IMG/VR virus record: IMGVR_UViG_3300009095_000070
Span: 1 to 24,828 of that record
Strand: one strand, 5' to 3'
DNA from: a virus
Taxonomy: Duplodnaviria > Caudoviricetes
Length of the DNA stretch: 24,828 nt
Shown here: positions 1-7,374 of the stretch, piece by piece
Layout of the letters: each line of letters starts with the position of its first letter
Position numbering within the stretch: position 1 is the first letter of the stretch
Program-made: the position numbers and the translations under genes
The notes under the pieces: generated by a model
What the model was told of the DNA's origin: nothing
Databases searched by the model: none
What the model saw: only the letters and a program-made list of their open reading frames with translations

Positions 1-34
1 CCAGTTCCGCCATCCGGGCCTGGCCGCACAGCTT

Positions 35-70
35 AAAAGAAAAAGCGGCCAGGTTGCCCTGACCGCTTTC
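35..70 (-). terminator. Intrinsic terminator downstream of the tRNA-Cys 3' end (host side)
   Basis: Minus strand reads AAAGCGGTCAGG-GCAA-CCTGGCCGCTTT and continues into a T-rich tract. It has a GNRA loop and lies a few nt after the CCA. Confidence 0.85.
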
Positions 71-75
71 GTCTT

Positions 76-123
76 TGGAGGCCTGAGTCGGAATCGAACC
101 GGCGTACGCGGATTTGCAGTCCG
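76..123 (-). tRNA. 3' half of tRNA-Cys(GCA), the duplicated att core of the prophage; not a complete tRNA
   Basis: Minus strand reads CGGA-CTGCAAA-TCCGCGTACGCCGGTTCGATTCCGACTCAGGCCTCCA: anticodon loop with GCA, T-loop GTTCGA, 3' acceptor strand and CCA. The D-arm and 5' acceptor strand are absent upstream. Confidence 0.9.
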
Positions 124-164
124 GGCCGGATTTCCCGTCCGGTCTGGCTTTGCCGCGCCGGCCT

Positions 165-235
165 GCTCCGCAATCGACTCGGAATCGAGGCGCTGGAAGC
201 CTTGCGCTGCAAGGGCCGTTTTCGGGTTGCGGAGC
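165..235. repeat. Inverted repeats next to att (candidate integrase arm-type or accessory factor sites)
   Basis: GCTCCGCAA (165-173) and TTGCGGAGC (227-235) form a perfect 9-bp inverted repeat around the palindrome CCTTGC-GCT-GCAAGG (200-214). Confidence 0.5.
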
Positions 236-285
236 GGTTTAGGCGGGTCTGAATTGGTGCGACCGCCCTCCCCGATCATGCCGGC

Positions 286-477
286 ATGCGATACAGGACG
301 AAGGCAGAGTGGGCCCATGCGAGGGCCAGGACCCTGCGCGCCCAGGCGGATCAGCTGCGTGCCGAGCGGATCCCGTCAGCCGACTGGCGCGGCGTGCGCA
401 GGAAGATGGACGGCATCCGGCGGCTGGAGGAGGAGGCCCAGCGGTTCGCGAGGATCGCTGAGCGGCTGGCCGCGTAG
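286..477 (+). CDS. Small basic helical hypothetical protein (63 aa)
   Basis: ATG start, GC3-rich codons and a helical or coiled-coil-like sequence. No clear SD; GATCAT 6 nt upstream hints at a leaderless transcript. Confidence 0.6.
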   Translation: MRYRTKAEWAHARARTLRAQADQLRAERIPSADWRGVRRKMDGIRRLEEEAQRFARIAERLAA

Positions 478-479
478 CC

Positions 480-650
480 GGCCTACCTACATTGGGCCTG
501 CCGAAAATTAACAAGCCCCCGCCGCTGTCCCGGAGGACGGCATTGCATCCCGGCAGACCGACATTGGGGGTGTAGGGCCTGGCGATCCGGTCCGCGCTGC
601 ACGGCGGGGTGCGGATCATGTTCGTGGCATCACGAACCGGACGCCATCGG
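480..650 (-). ncRNA. Candidate structured RNA downstream of the tape measure gene
   Basis: Two long stems whose G-U pairs mostly favour the minus strand: 631-646 with 580-596, and 548-559 with 495-506, plus 571-576 with 486-491. Confidence 0.3.
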
Positions 651-680
651 GCAACGTCCCGCCACCCGGTAGGCTGATTC

Positions 681-3600
681 CTACCGGACCTGGACGTACC
701 CCCGACCGCCGTTCAGCTTCTCGTACATTCGGTCAGACCCCGCGCTGGCACCCTGCCGCCGCAGCTCGGTCAGCAGCTCCCCGAGCAACTCGTTGTTGCG
801 ATCGAGGGCCGGCCGGACCTTTTCGTCGGCGATCTGGCCGTTCCGGGCCGCCAGTTCAAAGACCGCGCGGCTGATGCCCTCCTCCATCGCCTCGAGCTCG
901 TCGGCGAGCCCGCCCATGTCCAGGTCACCCTCGCCGGGCTGCATGCCGCGCAGCTGGCCGGTCACCTGGTCGTAGAGCGCCTGGTAGTCCCGGCCGCTGG
1001 CGTAGAGGCTCCGGCCGAAGCCGAGCGCCGCCTGGGCGGCTGCCTGCGCCGCCTGCGTGTCGCCACCGGCCACGGCGTCCGCGAACTGCTCCATGGCCTC
1101 GCTGAGCTTTTGGTCGTCGCGCAGGGTGGACAGGTCCGACAGGGCGAGCTGGCCGAGGAAGGCTTCGTTCTCCGCCTCCATCTGGGCGCGCAGCTTGCCC
1201 ATGCTGACCGCGCGCAGTTCCTCGATCTTCGCCAGGTCCTCCGCCCGGGCGCCGGACAGGCCGAGCGCCTTGGCGTAGTCGTTCGCCGACTTCACCTGCT
1301 GCCGGTAGGTGCGCTCGATCTGCAGCGCCTGCTGCTGGTAGCTGTTCAGGCCGTCCGTCATGAGCGTAGTGTTGATGTCGGCCATAAAGCTGCCGTAGTC
1401 CCCGGCGAGGCCGGCGAGCCGCTGGTAGGCCTGCGCGAGCGATTCCTCGCCCATCTGCATGCGCTCGACGAAGTCGGTCAGGCCTTGCAGGCCGATGCCG
1501 CTCCACAGGTCCAGGCCGTTGCGCGCATCACTCGCGGCGGTCATGAAGAACTCGGCGCCGGCGGCCAGCACCTCGGCCGAGTGGCGCCAGTCCTGGGCGA
1601 TCTTGCTGGCGGCCGAGTCAATCTTCCCCACCGCGGCGATCAGCTGCTCGCTGGTCAGGCGGCTGGCAAAGTCCTCGAAGCTCTCCTCGAAGGTCTGGCC
1701 GAGGACGGTCGACATCTCAGACTGCAGCTCGCCCTTCTTGTTGTAGACCTGCCGGATGGAGCCGGCGACGATGTCGACGGTCTGCAGGCCCAGCTGCGAG
1801 GCGGCGGACCGGGAGACCCGCTCCATGGCCTCGTACAGGTCCTGCGCGGCCTGGCGCTGCTCGTCGGTCGGCTCCAGCTCGCGGTCGCGCCACTTCCGGC
1901 CGCGAAACAGGGAGCGCTGGCGGACCTCGTTGACGGTCATGGACGCCATCCCGCCATCGGGGCCGATGCCCAGGTCCTGAGTGATCTTGTTCGCCTGGTA
2001 CTTCGTCCCGAACAGCTTGCCGCCGGACACCATGTCGACCACGGCCGCGGCGGCGAGGATCCACCCGACCACCGGGATCCATGCGGCGCCGCCGATCGAG
2101 GACGCCGCGCTGCCCATCGCCATCTTCGCGCCACCCATGGCGCCGGCACCCATGCCCGCCAGGCCGGTACCGGTGCCGATCGCGCCCAGACCGCCGGCGA
2201 TGGCACCACCGAGCCCGATTCCGGCCGCGCCGTAGGACAGACCCGCCAGTCCCGACGAAAGCCCGCCGTTCCCGCGCTGCGTGGCGCCGTAGTAGAGCCC
2301 GTACAGGCCGAGGGCGGTCGAGGCGTACGGCATCCCGCCGGCGAACTCGCCCGTCAGCAGGTTCATGCTCGGCACGCCCCCGCCGAAGCCGAAGCCGCCG
2401 CCCCCATCCATCGCGCCCGGCGCGCCCCAGCCACCGACACCAGCACCAGGCGTGGTCCAGCCGGGGAACGACACACCGCCGCCGGCCAGAACACCCCAAC
2501 CTGCTCCACCGCCCTGCGGGCCGCCCCCGAACCCGAAGGCGCGCATCCCGGCCTGCATCAGCCCCGGCGACTGCCCCGCCCCGGCGAAGCCCTGTCCCTG
2601 CAGCATGCCGGCGAGCGCCCGCTGGATCGGATTCACGAAGCTCTGCTGCAGCGACATGCGCACGATGTCCCACCAGCCGCGCTTCCACAGGTCCTTCAGC
2701 TCGGTGAAGAAGTCGCGCGTGCTCTTGATCTGGCCCGAGAACAGGTCGGCGAACACGTCCGCCACGCCCTCGACGCTGCCCATGATCGTGTAGCGCCAGT
2801 CCTCGGCGGCACGCGCGGCCTCCTCCATCTCGACGCTGGCCAGCGCCCAGCCGCGCGCCTGGCGGATCAGGGACTCCGAGACCTGGTCGTTGATCCCGGC
2901 GCCGGCCTCGTTCGCCCGGTTGATCGCCTCGCGCATGTCCCGCTCGGCCTGCAGCCCGCGGCGGTACAGCTCGCGCTGCGGGCCGATCATGCCCAGCAAC
3001 TCGACCTCGTCGCGCATGGCGCCCAGGAGGACGTCCGGAGCCTGCTGCTGCTCGCGCAGCGCGGCGTTGGTGCGCTCGAGCTGGTCGGCGGCCTCGGCCT
3101 TGAGGGTGTTGTACGCCTCCTGGCTGATGTTGCCCTTGCGCAGCTCGGCGTCCAGCTCGGCCAGCCGCTGGCGGTGGCGCTCCTCGGCCTCCTGCAGCGG
3201 GCCGGCGAGCGTGGCGGCGGCCATCGCGGCCTCGCGCTCGTATCGGGCCAGCGATTCCGTCTGCCGCTTCAGCTCGCGCTCGGCCTCGGTGTTCCCGCGC
3301 CCCAGCGCCTTTGCCGTCTCCCGCGACGTGGCGATCTGCTCCAGCTGCGTGCGGCGGGCGCGGTACAGGGCGACCACCTCCTGAAGCTGCTCCGGCGTGA
3401 AGGCATCGACCCCGCCGGCGTCCAGGATGAACTGGCCGAACTCCTGCTTCAGGGCTCCGGCCTCCCCGCCCGCAGCTCGCGCCAGCTCGACGCGGCCCTT
3501 GGTCAGGGCGTCGGTCATCTTCTTCGTGAAGTCGCCCACGGATGCCGCGGTGGCGTCGGCCTGCGCCTGCTGGCGCCGCATGGCCGCCGTGGCGCCGTCT

Positions 3601-5342
3601 ACCGCCGCTTCCGCATCCCGCTGGGCTCCCTCCATGCCACCGAGCTTGTCCGTCAGCTCCTGGTGCTTCACGGCGGCGGCGGCCACTTCCCCGCCCTGCT
3701 CCGCGATCTGATCGCCCAAGGCAGCCGCGACGCGGTCGTTCCGCGTCAGCACTACGATCTGTGCCTGGACGGCATCGTTGAACTCGGAGGCCGTCAGGCT
3801 GCCGGCGGCGTACTGCGCGCGCAGTTCCCCGATGCTGTCTGCGAACTCGCGCCCGGCTTCCGCGGCTTCCGCGCCGAAGTAGCGCAGCCGGTTCTGCACC
3901 TGGTTCACCATGTTGGCGACCTCGGCGTCCACGCCGCGGGCCGCGTCGGCGACCTGGTCCTTCAGCTCGGAGAGAATGCTGGCGCGCTGGAGGGCATCCA
4001 GTTCGCGGAACTTCGCGATGTTGTCGTCGAGCGAGCCGGTCATCCCGTCCAACGCCCGGCTGGCAGCGTTGGTGTTGTCGCGGAAGACCAGCCAGCTCGC
4101 AGCCGTCGCCGCGACCATCGCGGCCAGGCCCACCGGTCCACCGAACAGACCCAGCACCGCGCTCCCGGCGCGGGCGAACGTGCCGGCACCGGCGCGCGCA
4201 GCCATCGCTTCGGCTGCCGCGAGCTGCTGTCGGGCAACCGTGTGCTGCTGGACCGCCTTCGTCAGCGCCGCCTCTGCGGTGAGCCGCTGGCGCACCGTGG
4301 TCGCCCCACGCAGCATCATTCCGGTGTCCACCACCTGCGCGGCGGTGCGGGCCTCCAGCGCGCGCGCACTAGCCAGCGTTTCCACCGCGTGCGCGCGCTC
4401 CGCCTGGATGTTCGCAGTCATGGCGCGCAGGCGACCGGCAAGGGCTTCCGTCACCTTCACGGACGCGAAGGCGCCCAGGGCGGCGGTGACCTGCGGCAGG
4501 TTCTCTCCGACGGCGTTGATGCCGGCGGCCAGTGCTGTTGAGGCGCCGGTCGCTTCGTCTGCCCGACCGATCATTTCGGTGAGGCTCGTGCCGAGGTTCG
4601 TCATGGCCTGGCTGGTGCGCACCTGCATGCCGCCGAAGCTCTCGTCGACGCTGGAGGACATGCGCAGCAGCGCGTCCGCCATGTCACCGGCCGAGACCTT
4701 GCCCTCGTTCACCATTGCGCGCAGTCCGCCGCGTGCGACGCCGAGCCCGTCCTCAAGGGCGTTCACCAACGCGCTCGCGCCCTCGATCATCGAGTTGAAC
4801 TCTTCGGCGCGCGGGGTGCCGCCCGCAAACGCCTGCGACAGCTGAATTAATGCGCCCTGTGCCGACGCCGCGCTGCTTCCGGACATGGCGATGGTCTTGC
4901 CGACCGTCTCCACGATGCGGGCGGTTTCGCTAGCGGACAGGCCGAGCCGGCCCTGCACCATCGCGAGGTTCTGGTAGAGCCCCGCGGTTGCATCCAGGGA
5001 CTGGTAGGTCGACTTCGCGATTCGGATGACGTCCTGCTGCGCCTGATTGAACGCCTGCGTCGAGTCGGTGACCAGGCGGATCCGGTTGTTCATGCCGGTC
5101 CACTCGTCAGCCCGCCCGACCGCGGCGCGCACGCCAGCCATGGCGGCACCGAAGGACACCATCTGCAGCGTAGCCCGCCGGAATCCGGCCGCCGCGTCAT
5201 CTGCGCCGCGGGCCACCCCGTCGGAAAGAGCGCGCTGGATCTGCCGGCTCTCGCGCTCGACGGAGCGCGCAGCCCTGCCCATGTCGCGCTCGAAGGAGCC
5301 GGTCTTCGCCAGCAGGTCGACGGTGAGGGTGTACAGGCTCAT
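681..5342 (-). CDS. Phage tail tape measure protein (1553 aa)
   Basis: N-terminal tape-measure domain (…ALIQLSQAFAGG-xx-RAEEFNS…), long Ala-rich helical or coiled-coil body, Gly-rich and hydrophobic segments. Start reassigned to ATG 5342 (MSLYTL), which has GGAG 6 nt upstream. Confidence 0.95.
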   Translation of the reverse strand: MSLYTLTVDLLAKTGSFERDMGRAARSVERESRQIQRALSDGVARGADDAAAGFRRATLQMVSFGAAMAGVRAAVGRADEWTGMNNRIRLVTDSTQAFNQAQQDVIRIAKSTYQSLDATAGLYQNLAMVQGRLGLSASETARIVETVGKTIAMSGSSAASAQGALIQLSQAFAGGTPRAEEFNSMIEGASALVNALEDGLGVARGGLRAMVNEGKVSAGDMADALLRMSSSVDESFGGMQVRTSQAMTNLGTSLTEMIGRADEATGASTALAAGINAVGENLPQVTAALGAFASVKVTEALAGRLRAMTANIQAERAHAVETLASARALEARTAAQVVDTGMMLRGATTVRQRLTAEAALTKAVQQHTVARQQLAAAEAMAARAGAGTFARAGSAVLGLFGGPVGLAAMVAATAASWLVFRDNTNAASRALDGMTGSLDDNIAKFRELDALQRASILSELKDQVADAARGVDAEVANMVNQVQNRLRYFGAEAAEAGREFADSIGELRAQYAAGSLTASEFNDAVQAQIVVLTRNDRVAAALGDQIAEQGGEVAAAAVKHQELTDKLGGMEGAQRDAEAAVDGATAAMRRQQAQADATAASVGDFTKKMTDALTKGRVELARAAGGEAGALKQEFGQFILDAGGVDAFTPEQLQEVVALYRARRTQLEQIATSRETAKALGRGNTEAERELKRQTESLARYEREAAMAAATLAGPLQEAEERHRQRLAELDAELRKGNISQEAYNTLKAEAADQLERTNAALREQQQAPDVLLGAMRDEVELLGMIGPQRELYRRGLQAERDMREAINRANEAGAGINDQVSESLIRQARGWALASVEMEEAARAAEDWRYTIMGSVEGVADVFADLFSGQIKSTRDFFTELKDLWKRGWWDIVRMSLQQSFVNPIQRALAGMLQGQGFAGAGQSPGLMQAGMRAFGFGGGPQGGGAGWGVLAGGGVSFPGWTTPGAGVGGWGAPGAMDGGGGFGFGGGVPSMNLLTGEFAGGMPYASTALGLYGLYYGATQRGNGGLSSGLAGLSYGAAGIGLGGAIAGGLGAIGTGTGLAGMGAGAMGGAKMAMGSAASSIGGAAWIPVVGWILAAAAVVDMVSGGKLFGTKYQANKITQDLGIGPDGGMASMTVNEVRQRSLFRGRKWRDRELEPTDEQRQAAQDLYEAMERVSRSAASQLGLQTVDIVAGSIRQVYNKKGELQSEMSTVLGQTFEESFEDFASRLTSEQLIAAVGKIDSAASKIAQDWRHSAEVLAAGAEFFMTAASDARNGLDLWSGIGLQGLTDFVERMQMGEESLAQAYQRLAGLAGDYGSFMADINTTLMTDGLNSYQQQALQIERTYRQQVKSANDYAKALGLSGARAEDLAKIEELRAVSMGKLRAQMEAENEAFLGQLALSDLSTLRDDQKLSEAMEQFADAVAGGDTQAAQAAAQAALGFGRSLYASGRDYQALYDQVTGQLRGMQPGEGDLDMGGLADELEAMEEGISRAVFELAARNGQIADEKVRPALDRNNELLGELLTELRRQGASAGSDRMYEKLNGGRGYVQVR

Positions 5343-5352
5343 GGGTAGCTCC

Positions 5353-5385
5353 AAAGAAAAAGCCCCGCCGGATGGCAGGGCTTTC
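5353..5385 (-). terminator. Intrinsic terminator directly upstream of the tape measure RBS
   Basis: Minus strand reads AAAGCCCTGCC-ATCC-GGCGGGGCTTT followed by TTCTTT, then GGAG. Confidence 0.8.
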
Positions 5386-5405
5386 AGGTACTCAGGGCGG
5401 CGGAG

Positions 5406-5765
5406 TTACCCGCCTATCAGCACTTCGTCATTCAGAAACAGAAAGGTGATGCGCTTGCCGTCAGCGGAAACGCTGCACGTCGCTCCGGTGTCGATCATCG
5501 CGCCGTACCCATTCTGCAGCTGCAAGCCAGAGCCATGCGGCCAAGAGAACCGGAACTCACCACCCTCGGGGCCGATGTTGTTGGCTGATGGAATCTTCGC
5601 GGCACTCGGGTTGGCGGACGCCGCCTTTATCGCTTGCCGGCACATCGACAACGCATCGGCGGCATACGGGCCGCTGCCCATGCACGATTTGATCCCGATC
5701 AGCGCGGCGATCATCGCCACGGTCAGCACCAGCCCCGCGCGCCAACTCAGCCCTTTCTCTGCCAT
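5406..5765 (-). CDS. Membrane-anchored or exported moron protein (119 aa)
   Basis: N-terminal hydrophobic helix (AGLVLTVAMIAALIGI) and three Cys. It has a GGAGG SD, a TATAGT -10-like hexamer at 5792-5797 and its own terminator. Confidence 0.8.
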   Translation of the reverse strand: MAEKGLSWRAGLVLTVAMIAALIGIKSCMGSGPYAADALSMCRQAIKAASANPSAAKIPSANNIGPEGGEFRFSWPHGSGLQLQNGYGAMIDTGATCSVSADGKRITFLFLNDEVLIGG

Positions 5766-5908
5766 GCCCGCCCTCCGCCGTTGGAATCCCGACTATACCG
5801 GCACTCGATTCACCGCGACCGGGTACCGAGGGCCGGTCCACATAGCAGCCGCGCCAAGCTTCCCTAAGCTCCCCAGTGCCCATGTGGGCCAGGAGAGGGG
5901 GATTTGCC

Positions 5909-6175
5909 GTGGCTCTGTTTGTTGTCTCTTACGACCTGATCAAGGGGAAAGACTACCAACCGCTGTGGGACGAGTTGGACCAACTGGGCGGGCACAAGGC
6001 GCTAGAGTCGTTCTATCTCTTGAACCTCACAACAGAAGACCCCTATACGCTCAAAGAGCACCTTCGAGCGTTCGTCGACTCCGACGATATGCTGATGGTG
6101 GTGAAGTTCGTGGGCCGCCCTGCATTCGTTAAAGCCAGGACCGGTACAAACGCCTGGATATCAGCCAACTGCTGA
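5909..6175 (+). CDS. Cas2/VapD-like ferredoxin-fold small protein (88 aa), antisense to the late operon
   Basis: N-terminal MALFVVSYDL strand (Cas2-type hhhxYD motif) and a C-terminal D-x-D-D-x-hhhh strand. GTG start at 5909 follows AGGAGAGGGGG. Lower GC than the structural genes. Confidence 0.7.
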   Translation: MALFVVSYDLIKGKDYQPLWDELDQLGGHKALESFYLLNLTTEDPYTLKEHLRAFVDSDDMLMVVKFVGRPAFVKARTGTNAWISANC

Positions 6176-6180
6176 AAGCA

Positions 6181-6204
6181 GAAGGGCGCCCCAGGGCGCC
6201 CTTC
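6181..6204. terminator. Hairpin between convergent genes (probable bidirectional terminator)
   Basis: GAAGGGCGCC-CCAG-GGCGCCCTTC is a perfect 10-bp stem between the stops at 6175 and 6220. The U-tracts are weak. Confidence 0.7.
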
Positions 6205-6219
6205 TCACGCTCGCCAACA

Positions 6220-6609
6220 CTACGAGTGCCTGGCCAAGAACTTCTTGAACTTCTTAGCGCTAAAAGGTGAGTCAAAAACACCTTGGCGAACGCGCTCAAA
6301 CAATTCGTCGCTAAGTGCCTCGCGCTCGTCGAAGGTGCCCGACGAAATCCCAGCCTGGATCTGTGCTTCCGAGGAGAAGCGGAGCTTTTGGTAGCGAACA
6401 AAGCTCTTGACCCTCAGGAAGGTGTGCCCTGACTCCCCTTCCTCAATGACGCATGTCCCGTCGCAGTAGATGTCCGTCCTGTACGTCGAAAAGCTGGCCA
6501 GCAGCACGCAGCCCGTGTCCGGAGCTGGGTCGTTCAGGACCACGAACAAGTGGCGCTTGTCCGGATCGTCCGGCGTGCCCGATGGTATGAGAAGCGTCCC
6601 TTTCTTCAC
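6220..6609 (-). CDS. Putative MazF/PemK-like toxin (PanT partner), 129 aa
   Basis: KGTLLI…KRHLFVVLND…VLLASFST pattern, resembling the PemK/MazF first strands and substrate-binding S/T, followed by H-x-F-L-x-x-x-S-F-V. It lies 12 nt downstream of a Panacea gene. Confidence 0.65.
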   Translation of the reverse strand: MKKGTLLIPSGTPDDPDKRHLFVVLNDPAPDTGCVLLASFSTYRTDIYCDGTCVIEEGESGHTFLRVKSFVRYQKLRFSSEAQIQAGISSGTFDEREALSDELFERVRQGVFDSPFSAKKFKKFLARHS

Positions 6610-6621
6610 CCGCGGGCACCG

Positions 6622-7188
6622 TCAGATTCGGCTGAAAATCAGGTCGACCTTTTCATCCGATCTGAGCATATCGGAGAGGTAGGACACCTTCTCATCGTCA
6701 AACCCGAACGCCTGGAACAGCCGCTCACTCGAGATCGGACGGGATGAACCCTGGGGGTCTTCCCACTCGGGACAGTCGCTGTGCGTGTACTCCCGCAGCT
6801 CCCAAGCACGACGATCACCGTGCTCGTTGACTACCTCCTCCATGATCTGGAGGTCGATCTCGGACAGCTCGTCCAGCGCATCGGGGCTGACATCAACACC
6901 AGGCTTAAGGCCGATGCGACGCCCCTCCCGATCGGTCATCCGGCTGTCCCAGCCGCCCTGAACATCAGGTCGACCAGCCCCGTTGATGACATCGAGCGTC
7001 TGCGACAAGACCGGACCATGCGGCATCGAAACCATGCGATCGCCGGTCACGGAGTAGCCGTACCGCTCCAGCGCTTTTCGATCGATCAGGTAAAGAAGCT
7101 TCATGAGCTTCAACACCTCAATGGGATTGCCGCACTTGGCAATAACCCACGATGCCACTTGTGCCGTCTTGACTTGATTGAATGACAT
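6622..7188 (-). CDS. Panacea-domain (SocA-like, DUF4065) antitoxin, 188 aa
   Basis: Hallmark motifs LKLMKLLYLIDR, GD-x-M-x-S-M-P-H-GPV, L-x-E-Y-T-H and PEW. TAGGAG SD. Confidence 0.9.
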   Translation of the reverse strand: MSFNQVKTAQVASWVIAKCGNPIEVLKLMKLLYLIDRKALERYGYSVTGDRMVSMPHGPVLSQTLDVINGAGRPDVQGGWDSRMTDREGRRIGLKPGVDVSPDALDELSEIDLQIMEEVVNEHGDRRAWELREYTHSDCPEWEDPQGSSRPISSERLFQAFGFDDEKVSYLSDMLRSDEKVDLIFSRI

Positions 7189-7212
7189 AAGAGCTCCTAC
7201 CAGAGCTTCGAC

Positions 7213-7243
7213 TCCGGAAGTACCTTCTCGTACGTCCGGAAGT
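7213..7243. promoter_or_regulatory. Direct repeat TCCGGAAGT x2 (22-bp period) upstream of the antitoxin; candidate operator
   Basis: Exact 9-mers at 7213-7221 and 7235-7243, each with a palindromic TCCGGA core. Confidence 0.35.
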
Positions 7244-7347
7244 TCTGCAGGTCAGCTGCTGCTAAGCAATACGACAAAGCCGCCTGCTGGCGGCCGCTGG
7301 ATCGCAGCGGTTCCGCTACAGACCATTACCGTGAAGTCTAGGTTGCG

Positions 7348-7374
7348 AGTGCCGTTAGCACAAGTACCGTTAGC
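7348..7374. repeat. Direct repeat AGT(G/A)CCGTTAGC x2 (15-bp period)
   Basis: 7348-7359 and 7363-7374 are 11/12 identical and lie in the island leader region. Confidence 0.4.

Noticed and set aside
76-150. Complete tRNA-Cys gene
   Set aside because: Similarity stops in the anticodon stem at 123. There is no D-arm or 5' acceptor strand, so this is an att duplication.
239-619. 126-aa minus-strand ORF after the tape measure gene
   Set aside because: It has no SD and a low-complexity Arg/Pro/Ala composition. It overlaps the better 63-aa plus-strand ORF and the structured region.
1110-4541. 1143-aa plus-strand ORF and other long antisense ORFs (7413-8957, 15738-17966, 20558-21889, 22165-23667)
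   Set aside because: They are shadow frames of real minus-strand genes in high-GC DNA, with no recognisable motifs.
4805-4825. Pro in the tape-measure motif (GTPRAEEFNS, where a hydrophobic residue is more usual) as a sign of decay
   Set aside because: It is a single residue in an otherwise intact ORF and cannot be judged without an alignment.
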